64,000 bases of DNA from an uncultured Dehalococcoidia bacterium (GTDB lineage: Bacteria; Chloroflexota; Dehalococcoidia; Lucifugimonadales; G958296245). A model generated the notes under the pieces. That model ran no database searches, was not told where the DNA came from, and saw nothing but the letters and a program-made list of their open reading frames with translations. The position numbers and the translations under genes were made by a program. The stretch covers positions 2,234,197 through 2,298,196 of the forward strand of contig OY282458.1 in the NCBI GenBank assembly GCA_958296245.1. Reading direction: 5' to 3'. Of this stretch, positions 55,061-62,759 are shown one piece after another. How positions within the stretch are numbered: position 1 is the stretch's first letter; each line of letters begins with the position of its first letter.

Positions 55061-56530
55061 CTATGCATTCAATATGGCCCTCAGGATGTCTCCGAATTCG
55101 TAGGACATCTCCTTCTGATAGGTCTCCCTGTCGATGTCACCCTGTGCGAGCTGCGCTGCTACCCGCTTCGAGTGAAGCAACGCCTCGACCCATTCGTCAA
55201 TCGAGTCGCGCATAATCAGGTTGTGGACATGGCAGACCCTGTCCTGGGATATTCGGTGGATTCTGTCCTGAGCCTGTAGATAGTCGTCCAAGCTGAACAG
55301 CCGGTCGTAGAAGATAACGTGGTTCGCCACGGTCAGTGTCAGGCCTTCCTTGGCGGAGCCTGGAGTGGCAATGAACACCTTGGCACTTGGCTCATCAAGG
55401 AAAGTCTGGATAGCATCGGTCTGCTCCCTTGTGCTCAGCATCCCGTGGACCTGCTGAGGGTTGTGCCGGCGCAGTACTCTTGATAGCCACTGGACGTTCT
55501 CAACGAACGACGTCCAAACTATGCACTTCTCTCCACTCTTGACTATCGAGGAGACCAACTCAATTAGAGTCTCCAGCTTCCCGGGCTCGACCTGGTAGCT
55601 CGGGTCTATCAGAGTGGGGTTCGACGCGACTTGTACTAGCCTGAGCAGACGCTTCAACACCACGTCCGACTCGTCGGCCACGAGCCGCCCGTCCTGGAAG
55701 ATGATTGCCCGAAGGGACTCCCTTACCTGTCGGTACATCTCTTGCTGCCGAGGTTCCCATTCGGTCACCACGGGGTGAATGACTTTCTCGGGCAAGCTAA
55801 TCTCGGCACTTTCCTTAGTCTCCCTCACGGCAAAGGCCGATATTGAGTGGAATATGCGCTGTAACTGAACCTCCAAGGCCGCTTGCCTGCGGTCTACTCC
55901 GGCCAGGTCGTTGGAAAGGGCCACAGAGCGCTTGAATTCCCCAAAGTCATCGCCAAGCGACGCGCCGTGGTCGAGGAACTTGATCTGCGACCAGATGTCG
56001 TGCGGGCGATTGGAAACCGGGGTTCCTGACATGATCACTCGCTTGGTAAACATAGGCGCGAGACCGAGGAACACCTGGGTGAGAGCAGCATCGGGGTTCT
56101 TGATCTTGGTTGACTCGTCGAGAATCACTCCCACATTCCTGGTCCTTAGAAACAGGTGCATTCGTTCCTCTTCGGCCCTCACGGCCTCGTAGTGAGCGAG
56201 CATGACGCGGGCGGGACTGTTGAAGACGAAGAAGTTGCCCCCGCGGCTAGTGGTCAGGACCCGAGGAATGAGTTGGGAGTGAGAAGCAAGTTCCTTCTGC
56301 CAGTTGTGAAGGAGCCCCTTCTTGACAACAATCAAGGCGGTATCCAAGAGCCGTTGAGACAGCCAGTAGACAAGGAGGTCTATCGCAACCTTCGTCTTGC
56401 CCAATCCCTGCTCATGGAATATGGCAGCATACTCGAGGTCCTTGACGGCATCGACAGCCTCCAACTGGTATGCGAACGCCTCGTGTTTCAGGGTAAGGTC
56501 CGGCTCCCTCTTTAGCGTCAGCTTCTGCAA
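55061..56530 (-). CDS. SNF2-family helicase/translocase (compact, 489 aa)
   Basis: Motif I EQGLGKTKVAI, motif II VILDESTKIKN, SGTPVSN, helicase-C block GLTLTVANHVIFYD and motif VI QAQDRIHRISQ. The TTG start overlaps the upstream gene by 13 nt. Confidence 0.85.
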   Translation of the reverse strand: MQKLTLKREPDLTLKHEAFAYQLEAVDAVKDLEYAAIFHEQGLGKTKVAIDLLVYWLSQRLLDTALIVVKKGLLHNWQKELASHSQLIPRVLTTSRGGNFFVFNSPARVMLAHYEAVRAEEERMHLFLRTRNVGVILDESTKIKNPDAALTQVFLGLAPMFTKRVIMSGTPVSNRPHDIWSQIKFLDHGASLGDDFGEFKRSVALSNDLAGVDRRQAALEVQLQRIFHSISAFAVRETKESAEISLPEKVIHPVVTEWEPRQQEMYRQVRESLRAIIFQDGRLVADESDVVLKRLLRLVQVASNPTLIDPSYQVEPGKLETLIELVSSIVKSGEKCIVWTSFVENVQWLSRVLRRHNPQQVHGMLSTREQTDAIQTFLDEPSAKVFIATPGSAKEGLTLTVANHVIFYDRLFSLDDYLQAQDRIHRISQDRVCHVHNLIMRDSIDEWVEALLHSKRVAAQLAQGDIDRETYQKEMSYEFGDILRAILNA

Positions 56531-56973
56531 TCAGTCGACCCCCCTGATGTGGTTGTAGCACCCCGCCAGTTCATTTCTGACAGTACGACGGTTTCAACTT
56601 CAGTCAATTCCTCTCTAATGCGAAAGTGAGTGAGTAATGACCGGGCGAGTCGCTCAATGGGCCATGGCACCGCCAGGACGAAGGCCGAGCCCTCTGCCAT
56701 TCCGCATCTTCTTAGGAAGGCTGTCACTTGAGCCTCCGTGTGCGAGTTCTCCAGGTCCCCCATGCTCTTGGCTTCCCCAATGACCACTCGTCCCTGTTCG
56801 CCGAGCATGGTATAGGCGTCAGGGACGTACCCGTCAATGGGAGGTGGCCGATTCAGAGACCGACGGCCTACGGAGTCGGTGAGAACACGTTCTCCCCGTC
56901 CCTCACAGAATCTATCGGAGATATAGCTGTGAAGTATGGCAACCAAGTTCGAGTGTTCTTGTGATTCAGGCAT
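56518..56973 (-). CDS. PD-(D/E)xK-fold nuclease-like protein
   Basis: GYVPDAY followed 13 residues later by VIGEAKS, which is the PD...ExK arrangement. It is small (151 aa) and overlaps both neighbours (8 nt and 13 nt). Confidence 0.65.
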   Translation of the reverse strand: MPESQEHSNLVAILHSYISDRFCEGRGERVLTDSVGRRSLNRPPPIDGYVPDAYTMLGEQGRVVIGEAKSMGDLENSHTEAQVTAFLRRCGMAEGSAFVLAVPWPIERLARSLLTHFRIREELTEVETVVLSEMNWRGATTTSGGSTDCRS

Positions 56974-57994
56974 TCGTAGTGGAGGGCGAGGCGATAAGCC
57001 TACAGAGTTCGACCAACCGGTCCCTGGCCTCGGTTAGAGCGTGATTCTTGGGAGTATTGAGATCTTCGCGGAGGCGAAGGAAGTCTGTGTAGCCCATCTT
57101 GGCTATTCTGTTCGATAGCGCGTCGGCCAGTTGGACCAATGTGGCTTCTTCCAGGGCCTCTACCGTAGAAGGGCTGTCCAGGACCTTCTCAGCTTCCCGT
57201 GCTCCGTGCGTCAAGAACACGCCTCGGGCCTGTGAATTGGTGAGGATTGCCGGGAGCTTTCTGACACGGTCGCTTGGATACAGAATCTGGTCTTTCACCC
57301 ACCTGGCGAAGTCTGTCTTCGTGTGGCCGGAGGTTACGAGAGCTTCTTGGACCCTTGGAGCTTGCATTTCAAGAAAGGCGCTGAACCGGGTCGGGTCAAA
57401 CTGGTCGTCACTCGCTAGGAGTGGCCGGTAATGGTCCTCCATGTCGTTGTAGGCGTCGATGAATCGGTGCACCTCGGTCCTCTGACCGCCACAGAAATCG
57501 ATGATCTGATCGGTTGTCAAGTGCTCCGAGTTACTGAGGTAGTCGAGGTACTTGGCTTTGGAGTAAGGGTCCCACTGTCTTGGACCGACCAGGTGGGCTT
57601 GCAGCCGAATGGCATCGATTTCCTTCCTGTCGAGTTGGTCGTAGACGATCGCCGGAATCTCGCCCCACCTACCATCGACATCGTCCCGCTTGAACTGGCG
57701 GTAGATCAATGCACGCGTATTCCCCTCGATGACTACTAGCTTGTTCACGGTTTCTCGGTTGACCAGAATGGGATGGATTAGCCCTCCATGCGTTCTGATG
57801 GATGCCCTTAAGCTCTGGAAGGTGGTCGTGCTCTCCCCCTGCTCGTAGTTGGCGGCGCCAAGAGCCAGACTCATCTGTTCATCAGTTACCTGTCCATCAT
57901 ACATCTCAATGTAGCGCGCCACCCGGGGATTGGACGCGTCGAGCACAAGGGTGTCGACTGGAAGCATCTCGAATTGACCATTTCTTGCAGCCAT
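56966..57994 (-). CDS. ParB/Srx-fold N-terminal domain protein, paralog A
   Basis: LPVDTLVLDASNPRV, IHPILV and LVVIEGNTRALIY. SD GGGAGG lies 7 nt upstream of ATG 57994. Confidence 0.7.
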   Translation of the reverse strand: MAARNGQFEMLPVDTLVLDASNPRVARYIEMYDGQVTDEQMSLALGAANYEQGESTTTFQSLRASIRTHGGLIHPILVNRETVNKLVVIEGNTRALIYRQFKRDDVDGRWGEIPAIVYDQLDRKEIDAIRLQAHLVGPRQWDPYSKAKYLDYLSNSEHLTTDQIIDFCGGQRTEVHRFIDAYNDMEDHYRPLLASDDQFDPTRFSAFLEMQAPRVQEALVTSGHTKTDFARWVKDQILYPSDRVRKLPAILTNSQARGVFLTHGAREAEKVLDSPSTVEALEEATLVQLADALSNRIAKMGYTDFLRLREDLNTPKNHALTEARDRLVELCRLIASPSTTNA

Positions 57995-58034
57995 ACTGTT
58001 GCCTCCCTAGCAAATCTTTAGCCGAACAGTGCGC

Positions 58035-59636
58035 CTAGCTTGGCGTCGGCGCCCCAGTGTCATTCAGTGGATGCTGGTCCTGGGTATCACTCGCGGTCCT
58101 TTGATTAGGGGCTATGGCCGAGCCATATCGTCCCACCTTGGACGCTTCAGCAAACACCATTTCAATCAATTCTCTCGCGTAGCTAGGTGAGGGCGCGAGA
58201 GTCGCCAAGGCCCCGAATACCTTCTGGTAGACCACAGCCTCCGCAGGAGGGATGTCGCCAAACCTCTGCGGCTCGGTCTCGACCGAAAAGTTGCTTAGTT
58301 TGTCCTCGGCACTATCGAGCCTCTCAAGATTGCCGTTATCGAGGTTTCTCCTACCGACGCCTTTGCGAATCTCCTGGACTTCCTGCAACGCCTGCCGAAC
58401 CAAACCGGCCGCGTCTTTCGAAGTGAGATACCCAGACGTTGCTAAGGCATAGAGGTCCTCGATGTTGCTCAGTGCAGAGAGAGTCTTCCTAGCGCGGTTG
58501 CGAGCCGTGGATTCTCGCCTGCACCGTGTGGCGATGCTGCGCAGAATGGGGGTCAGTTGGTTTTCGAGGTTACGCAGATGTGGTCCGGGTTCAAAATAGT
58601 CACGCCTGGCGTTGGGAATGATACGTGCGTCGACGATGTGTATCTCCCCAACGCACCAACGGTTGAACCGCTCCTCTGCAAATAGGTGGTCGAACGCCGC
58701 CTCGCCGCCAACCTGTATATTCCCCACTCTGGCCCTGATGCCACGCACTCGCTGTTCTTTTGGAATCGCGCCCAGGTAAGATGAGTGCGCGACCCAACCA
58801 ACGGCCGCATCCCCAGCCTCGTCGACTCTGGGTATGCGGACTACCTGAAACTCAGTGAATTCGGCATCCCTGTTTGCCGAGAGTTGGACCGACTCCCCGT
58901 ATGGTCTCAAAATCGGGTCCGGGTCGCCTTCTAACAGCACTTCCAACGTCAGTGGCGCCTCATCTGCATGGAACAGCCCTTCGACACTGTCGGCAAAGGG
59001 AAAGTTTGAATCTATGGGAACCGGGCACACTTCGCCAACGTAGTCGTGCACCGCGTCACGATTGAGCAGCACTCCTGTGGAGTGACGCGCTACATCTCCG
59101 ACTTCGACCTCGAAGAAGTGCTCAGGATGGTCCGACCCTGGCAAGGTTTCCACGACGACACAGTCGAGAATAGCTTCTTCGAGCTCAGAGCCCGTGGAGG
59201 TCAACTCGGGAAGCTGGTCACTATGCCACGTGATTCGGGTTACCGCTTGGTCCTTATGGGCACGAGTAGTAAATGAAACTCTCTTCGCGAACGCAAGGCC
59301 GACGAGCCGGCCGACGCCACGGAACCCTCTGTCGGTCCCCAATGTCTTATCACTGCGTCCGATGGGCAAAAGTCGGTCAAGGGCTTCCTCGCGGGACAGG
59401 CCAGGGCCATTGTCTAGAATCCGGATTCGGCGTTCAGTGCGGTCGACATCGATTATTACTCTCGCTCGACCGGGTAGCTCTCTGGTAGCGACGGCGTCGG
59501 CCGCATTCTGTAAGTATTCCCTATACATGGATAGCGGGTCGTGGTACATACCAGTTGTCACAAGTCCTAGAAGGCCCGCACCCGAGAGCGCGGGCGTTTC
59601 CTGAGTGCCGAGGGAATTGGTGGTATGCGTACTCAA
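58035..59636 (-). CDS. GHKL-superfamily ATPase (HATPase_c_3-like), paralog 2
   Basis: N box MYREYLQNAADA, G1 ILDNGPGLS, G2 GFRGVGRLVGLAF. The TTG start overlaps the radical SAM stop (TTGA). Confidence 0.8.
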   Translation of the reverse strand: MSTHTTNSLGTQETPALSGAGLLGLVTTGMYHDPLSMYREYLQNAADAVATRELPGRARVIIDVDRTERRIRILDNGPGLSREEALDRLLPIGRSDKTLGTDRGFRGVGRLVGLAFAKRVSFTTRAHKDQAVTRITWHSDQLPELTSTGSELEEAILDCVVVETLPGSDHPEHFFEVEVGDVARHSTGVLLNRDAVHDYVGEVCPVPIDSNFPFADSVEGLFHADEAPLTLEVLLEGDPDPILRPYGESVQLSANRDAEFTEFQVVRIPRVDEAGDAAVGWVAHSSYLGAIPKEQRVRGIRARVGNIQVGGEAAFDHLFAEERFNRWCVGEIHIVDARIIPNARRDYFEPGPHLRNLENQLTPILRSIATRCRRESTARNRARKTLSALSNIEDLYALATSGYLTSKDAAGLVRQALQEVQEIRKGVGRRNLDNGNLERLDSAEDKLSNFSVETEPQRFGDIPPAEAVVYQKVFGALATLAPSPSYARELIEMVFAEASKVGRYGSAIAPNQRTASDTQDQHPLNDTGAPTPS

Positions 59637-61255
59637 ACCAGTTGCGTGCCTTTGATTGCAAGTGCTTCGTCATGGTCGAACAGGCCGGCATCCTCGACGA
59701 CCTCGTCCTCCTCAAGGTAAGCGCCATGCCCGGCCATTTCCCTGATGAGCTGATGACCGTTCGTCTTCGCGTCGTCCTTGGTATCTAGTCCGTGAAATGT
59801 CATCAACTGTCGGAGTTGTCGGTCGACCGTTTGGTCGTTCGCCAGCTCCTGAAAATGTCTTGGCCCCATTCCATTCCCGTTGGACGGATTGGCCAGAAGA
59901 CGCACGAACTCCTTCTCCTGGAAATCTGAAAGGCGCTGACGAAGCGAGTCGTACTCCTCCCTCTGGGCTCTCCCTTCTCCGTCTTCAAAGTACTCTCGGT
60001 GGAATATGAAGGCGTGCGGCAACCTGAGCAACCTCTCGAATTCTTCTGCATTGTCGCCATAGGCCCTCAGAAAGAAGGATGGGCTTCCGCTGACAACGCC
60101 CTTGGTTGCCTGGAGCATGAGCTGGAACGAACGGAGGTAGTATCGGTTCCAATTCTTGCCCACATGTGACCGGTCCTTCAACGTCACGGGTTGGTACCGC
60201 ATCGGAAAGGACCAGATCCGAATCCCCAACTCCTCATTCAAGTCGATGTTGAGACGCATTCGCTGGTAAAGGTCCGTTGGAGTATCCATGAAGTTGTACA
60301 GCATGTAGTTCGACAGCGAAGTGATCTGATTGTCAGCCGCCATGCGTATCGACCGCTCATAGACCTTCCTGACGCCAATATGGTCGAAGGCGATTCGAAG
60401 GGGACTGATGCAGATGGTGGCCATCTCGCGCAGGAACATTTCTGACTTGGCGAGAATTCGTGCGTCCACCCCTTGATTGAAGTCCACCCGGCGCCTAACC
60501 GGCCTGTTGCCGTCGCGTGTCAGCTTCGCGCCTGGCGTGAAGCCCAGGTCGCGAATCTCGGCAATCACCTCCTTGAATCTAGCCGACGCTGTGATGTTGT
60601 TGTCCATGAGCACGAGGTCCTTCTTCTCCCCGTGCCGTTTGCTGACTTCTTCAACCAGATTGAAAAGGGGTGGCATCTCACGTTGGGCGCCCTCCAATTT
60701 CGGAACCCCGCAGAATGAGCAGCTTCTAATGCATCCACGCGAGGCGTATCCGAAATATGCATCATGTACTGGGTATCTGTAGTCGATGTGATCGAGGATT
60801 CCATAGTCGGGCACCATTTCCTCGATTGGAGTGCCGGTCAAGTCGTCAGCGCCAAAATCGTAGTCGTCGGCCGACAAAGCAAGAGACGCTGCGGGAGGAC
60901 CGTCGAGCAGGCCCCTTACGAAGCGTACGCCAGCCCAGCGGGGTTCATTCAGGAATGCGTCAAGCATGAGCGAAACCGCGATGCCTCCCACAAACACGCG
61001 CTCAGCCTGACCTCCTGCAGCCCGTATGGCGAAGTCTATTGCCGAGGCGGTCCGATTCCACTCGAAGGTGAAGAGGGTGGTCACATAGACTCGGTCCCAA
61101 GCTTGGTTCAACACCTCTTGGTCTTCGCCCTTAATGAACTTGACGTGGTCGCCTCGGCCAAGTGGTCCGTGGTAGGCGGAGAGTTTCATCAAGCCCAATG
61201 GGGGGTACTTGTTTGGGTAGCCGGGTTCAATTAGTAGGACCTGCCTGGAAGGCAT
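59633..61255 (-). CDS. radical SAM enzyme with an N-terminal B12-binding-domain-like region
   Basis: CxxxCxxC cluster motif in YASRGCIRSCSFCGVP. N-terminus VLLIEPGYPNKYPPLGLMKLSAY resembles the flavodoxin/B12-like domain of class B-type radical SAM proteins. The C-terminal 150 aa or so are acidic and unassigned. Confidence 0.8.
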   Translation of the reverse strand: MPSRQVLLIEPGYPNKYPPLGLMKLSAYHGPLGRGDHVKFIKGEDQEVLNQAWDRVYVTTLFTFEWNRTASAIDFAIRAAGGQAERVFVGGIAVSLMLDAFLNEPRWAGVRFVRGLLDGPPAASLALSADDYDFGADDLTGTPIEEMVPDYGILDHIDYRYPVHDAYFGYASRGCIRSCSFCGVPKLEGAQREMPPLFNLVEEVSKRHGEKKDLVLMDNNITASARFKEVIAEIRDLGFTPGAKLTRDGNRPVRRRVDFNQGVDARILAKSEMFLREMATICISPLRIAFDHIGVRKVYERSIRMAADNQITSLSNYMLYNFMDTPTDLYQRMRLNIDLNEELGIRIWSFPMRYQPVTLKDRSHVGKNWNRYYLRSFQLMLQATKGVVSGSPSFFLRAYGDNAEEFERLLRLPHAFIFHREYFEDGEGRAQREEYDSLRQRLSDFQEKEFVRLLANPSNGNGMGPRHFQELANDQTVDRQLRQLMTFHGLDTKDDAKTNGHQLIREMAGHGAYLEEDEVVEDAGLFDHDEALAIKGTQLV

Positions 61256-61318
61256 CAGCAGCCCCCCAGCCTGGCCATTGTAAAGGTCAAGTCAGTTGTA
61301 CGACGTTGTTCTAGCACG

Positions 61319-61537
61319 CTATGCACCCTTACTGAGAGAGATGCTTGGTGTCAAGGTACTCTCTCGGGCTGTTACCGGCTTGACTTGCGCGTCAGGGGCA
61401 CTCTCGTCGAGATGGTCCCGGATTAGCCGAGCTATCAATGTGCTCTTCTTGAAGCCCCTTTCTTGGCAGTAGGCGTCGAATCTGTCGAACTCCTCAGAGT
61501 CCAGAAGAACGCTGATTTTCACACGCTTGCGGTTCAT
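61319..61537 (-). CDS. ribbon-helix-helix (CopG-like) protein, first gene of the operon
   Basis: KRVKISVLLDSEEFDRFDAYCQERGFKKSTLIARLIRDHL. ATG 61537 is preferred over the track start at 61579. Confidence 0.7.
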   Translation of the reverse strand: MNRKRVKISVLLDSEEFDRFDAYCQERGFKKSTLIARLIRDHLDESAPDAQVKPVTARESTLTPSISLSKGA

Positions 61538-61557
61538 ATCTGCACCTTTCGTTGTTA

Positions 61558-61586
61558 TTGGTAGCTCACTTCGCCTCACAAGTCAA
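61558..61586 (-). promoter_or_regulatory. candidate sigma-70-like promoter of the RHH/radical-SAM operon
   Basis: On the minus strand: TTGACT (61586..61581), a 17-nt spacer, then TACCAA (61563..61558), about 20 nt upstream of ATG 61537. The -10 hexamer is weak. Confidence 0.3.
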
Positions 61587-61596
61587 TACCTTTGCG

Positions 61597-61614
61597 CAGT
61601 TGTGCGCACAATTG
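61597..61614. promoter_or_regulatory. palindrome (candidate operator) in the divergent intergenic region
   Basis: CAGTTGTGCGCACAATTG has a perfect 12-bp core TTGTGCGCACAA (61600..61611) and is 16/18 symmetric overall. It sits just upstream of the -35 candidate above. Confidence 0.4.
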
Positions 61615-61694
61615 AAATGGTCGCTTGCGTCTGTGAGAGGGCCTGTACATCGGGTAAAATGAGGGTCACGGACCTTGCTATAGGGGGCTTCCTC

Positions 61695-62051
61695 GTGGGG
61701 ACTTTCAAGTGGCCGGTACGGATATCCAGCATGGACGACCAACAGGCTAAGGATATGGAGGCGACGGTGGACACCGGCGCATCATTCACCACGCTCCGCT
61801 CCCGTCTTCTGGGGGAGTTGGGCATCGAAGCTACGGGCAAGCGGGGGTTCCTGTTGGCGGACGGACGGCGGGTCGAGATGGCCTACGGGGAGGCCCGCGC
61901 AACGACCAACGGCGATAGTGTGACGACGACCGTGGCCTTCGGTGAGAACGAGGCGCCTCCGTTGTTGGGAGCCTACACGCTGGAGGAGTTGGCCCTGGCG
62001 GTGGACCCGCAGGCCCAACGGCTGGTTCCCACCCACATGATCTTGTACTAG
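61695..62051 (+). CDS. retropepsin-like (clan AA) aspartic protease, stand-alone, paralog 2
   Basis: VDTGAS catalytic motif. It is collinear with the gene at 16507..16863 from VRISSMD to LVPTH(L/M)I(M/L)Y. GTG 61695 is chosen by alignment with the paralog's start. Confidence 0.75.
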   Translation: MGTFKWPVRISSMDDQQAKDMEATVDTGASFTTLRSRLLGELGIEATGKRGFLLADGRRVEMAYGEARATTNGDSVTTTVAFGENEAPPLLGAYTLEELALAVDPQAQRLVPTHMILY

Positions 62052-62177
62052 GACCGGCAAAGTTTCGCCGGCCACGTCGCCTCCTGCCGGTTGAAGCAGT
62101 GGCCGAGGCCCAAGACCAGGGACAGTTCCAAATCCGCTTGCCCCGGACCGCGGATGCTCGGAGATGATAGCGAAAGT

Positions 62178-62462
62178 ATGCACGCGAATGACCCGATAGA
62201 CGTCTCTTACCCGGAGCTGTTGCCGAAGGACTTCGGCGAGCGGCTGGCGCGGCTCGTGGAGCTCGCTGGCCTGTCGTGGGAGGAGTTCGCCGAGCGGCTT
62301 GGCGTCGGGTGTGACCGCGTGACTGAGTGGCGAGGAGGCGAGGTCCCCACGGGCGGGGAAGTGTGGCACATCATGCGCTTCGCGTTGTTGGTCCCCGGCG
62401 GAACGGAGCTGATGCTTCCCCAGAAAGCGGGTCCAAACGAGGGCGGAGAGCACCTTCCATGA
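62178..62462 (+). CDS. helix-turn-helix (Xre-like) DNA-binding protein
   Basis: FGERLARLVELAGLSWEEFAERLGVGCDRVTEWRGG is an HTH_3-type pattern. The start is uncertain (track start 62091). Confidence 0.6.
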   Translation: MHANDPIDVSYPELLPKDFGERLARLVELAGLSWEEFAERLGVGCDRVTEWRGGEVPTGGEVWHIMRFALLVPGGTELMLPQKAGPNEGGEHLP

Positions 62463-62759
62463 CTCGAGTCAAGCTTCGGCTGGGGGTACACAAGCGACAG
62501 AATGCGCGTGAGGTCAAGGAGCGCAAGGTCGGCGCGTACTGGCGTTCAGCCTGCTGCCATGCGATTCCGTTGTGGGTCTCCGAGGCGTAGCTAAAGGAGC
62601 ATGAGTGCGGCCGCAGAGACTTAGGGACGTTCCCATTCCAATCGTGTGGACGCCCGATGCCCACTACAGGTAATTGCTCGAGCGACGGGCTCCGAGTGGT
62701 GAACGAGGTTTGGAGAGGCCAAAGGGTGTACTAGTGATAACCGAGGTTTGCCGAAGAGC

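Larger units (their letters stand above)
49034..61614. mobile_element. tRNA-Ile-adjacent genomic island (serine recombinase module plus an AT-richer cargo); right boundary not determined
   Basis: A recombinase and RHH gene abut the tRNA 3' end. The cargo at 50.95-61.6 kb is visibly lower in G+C and encodes only conflict-type domains. No flanking direct repeat of the tRNA end was found, and the island may extend past 64000. Confidence 0.55.
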
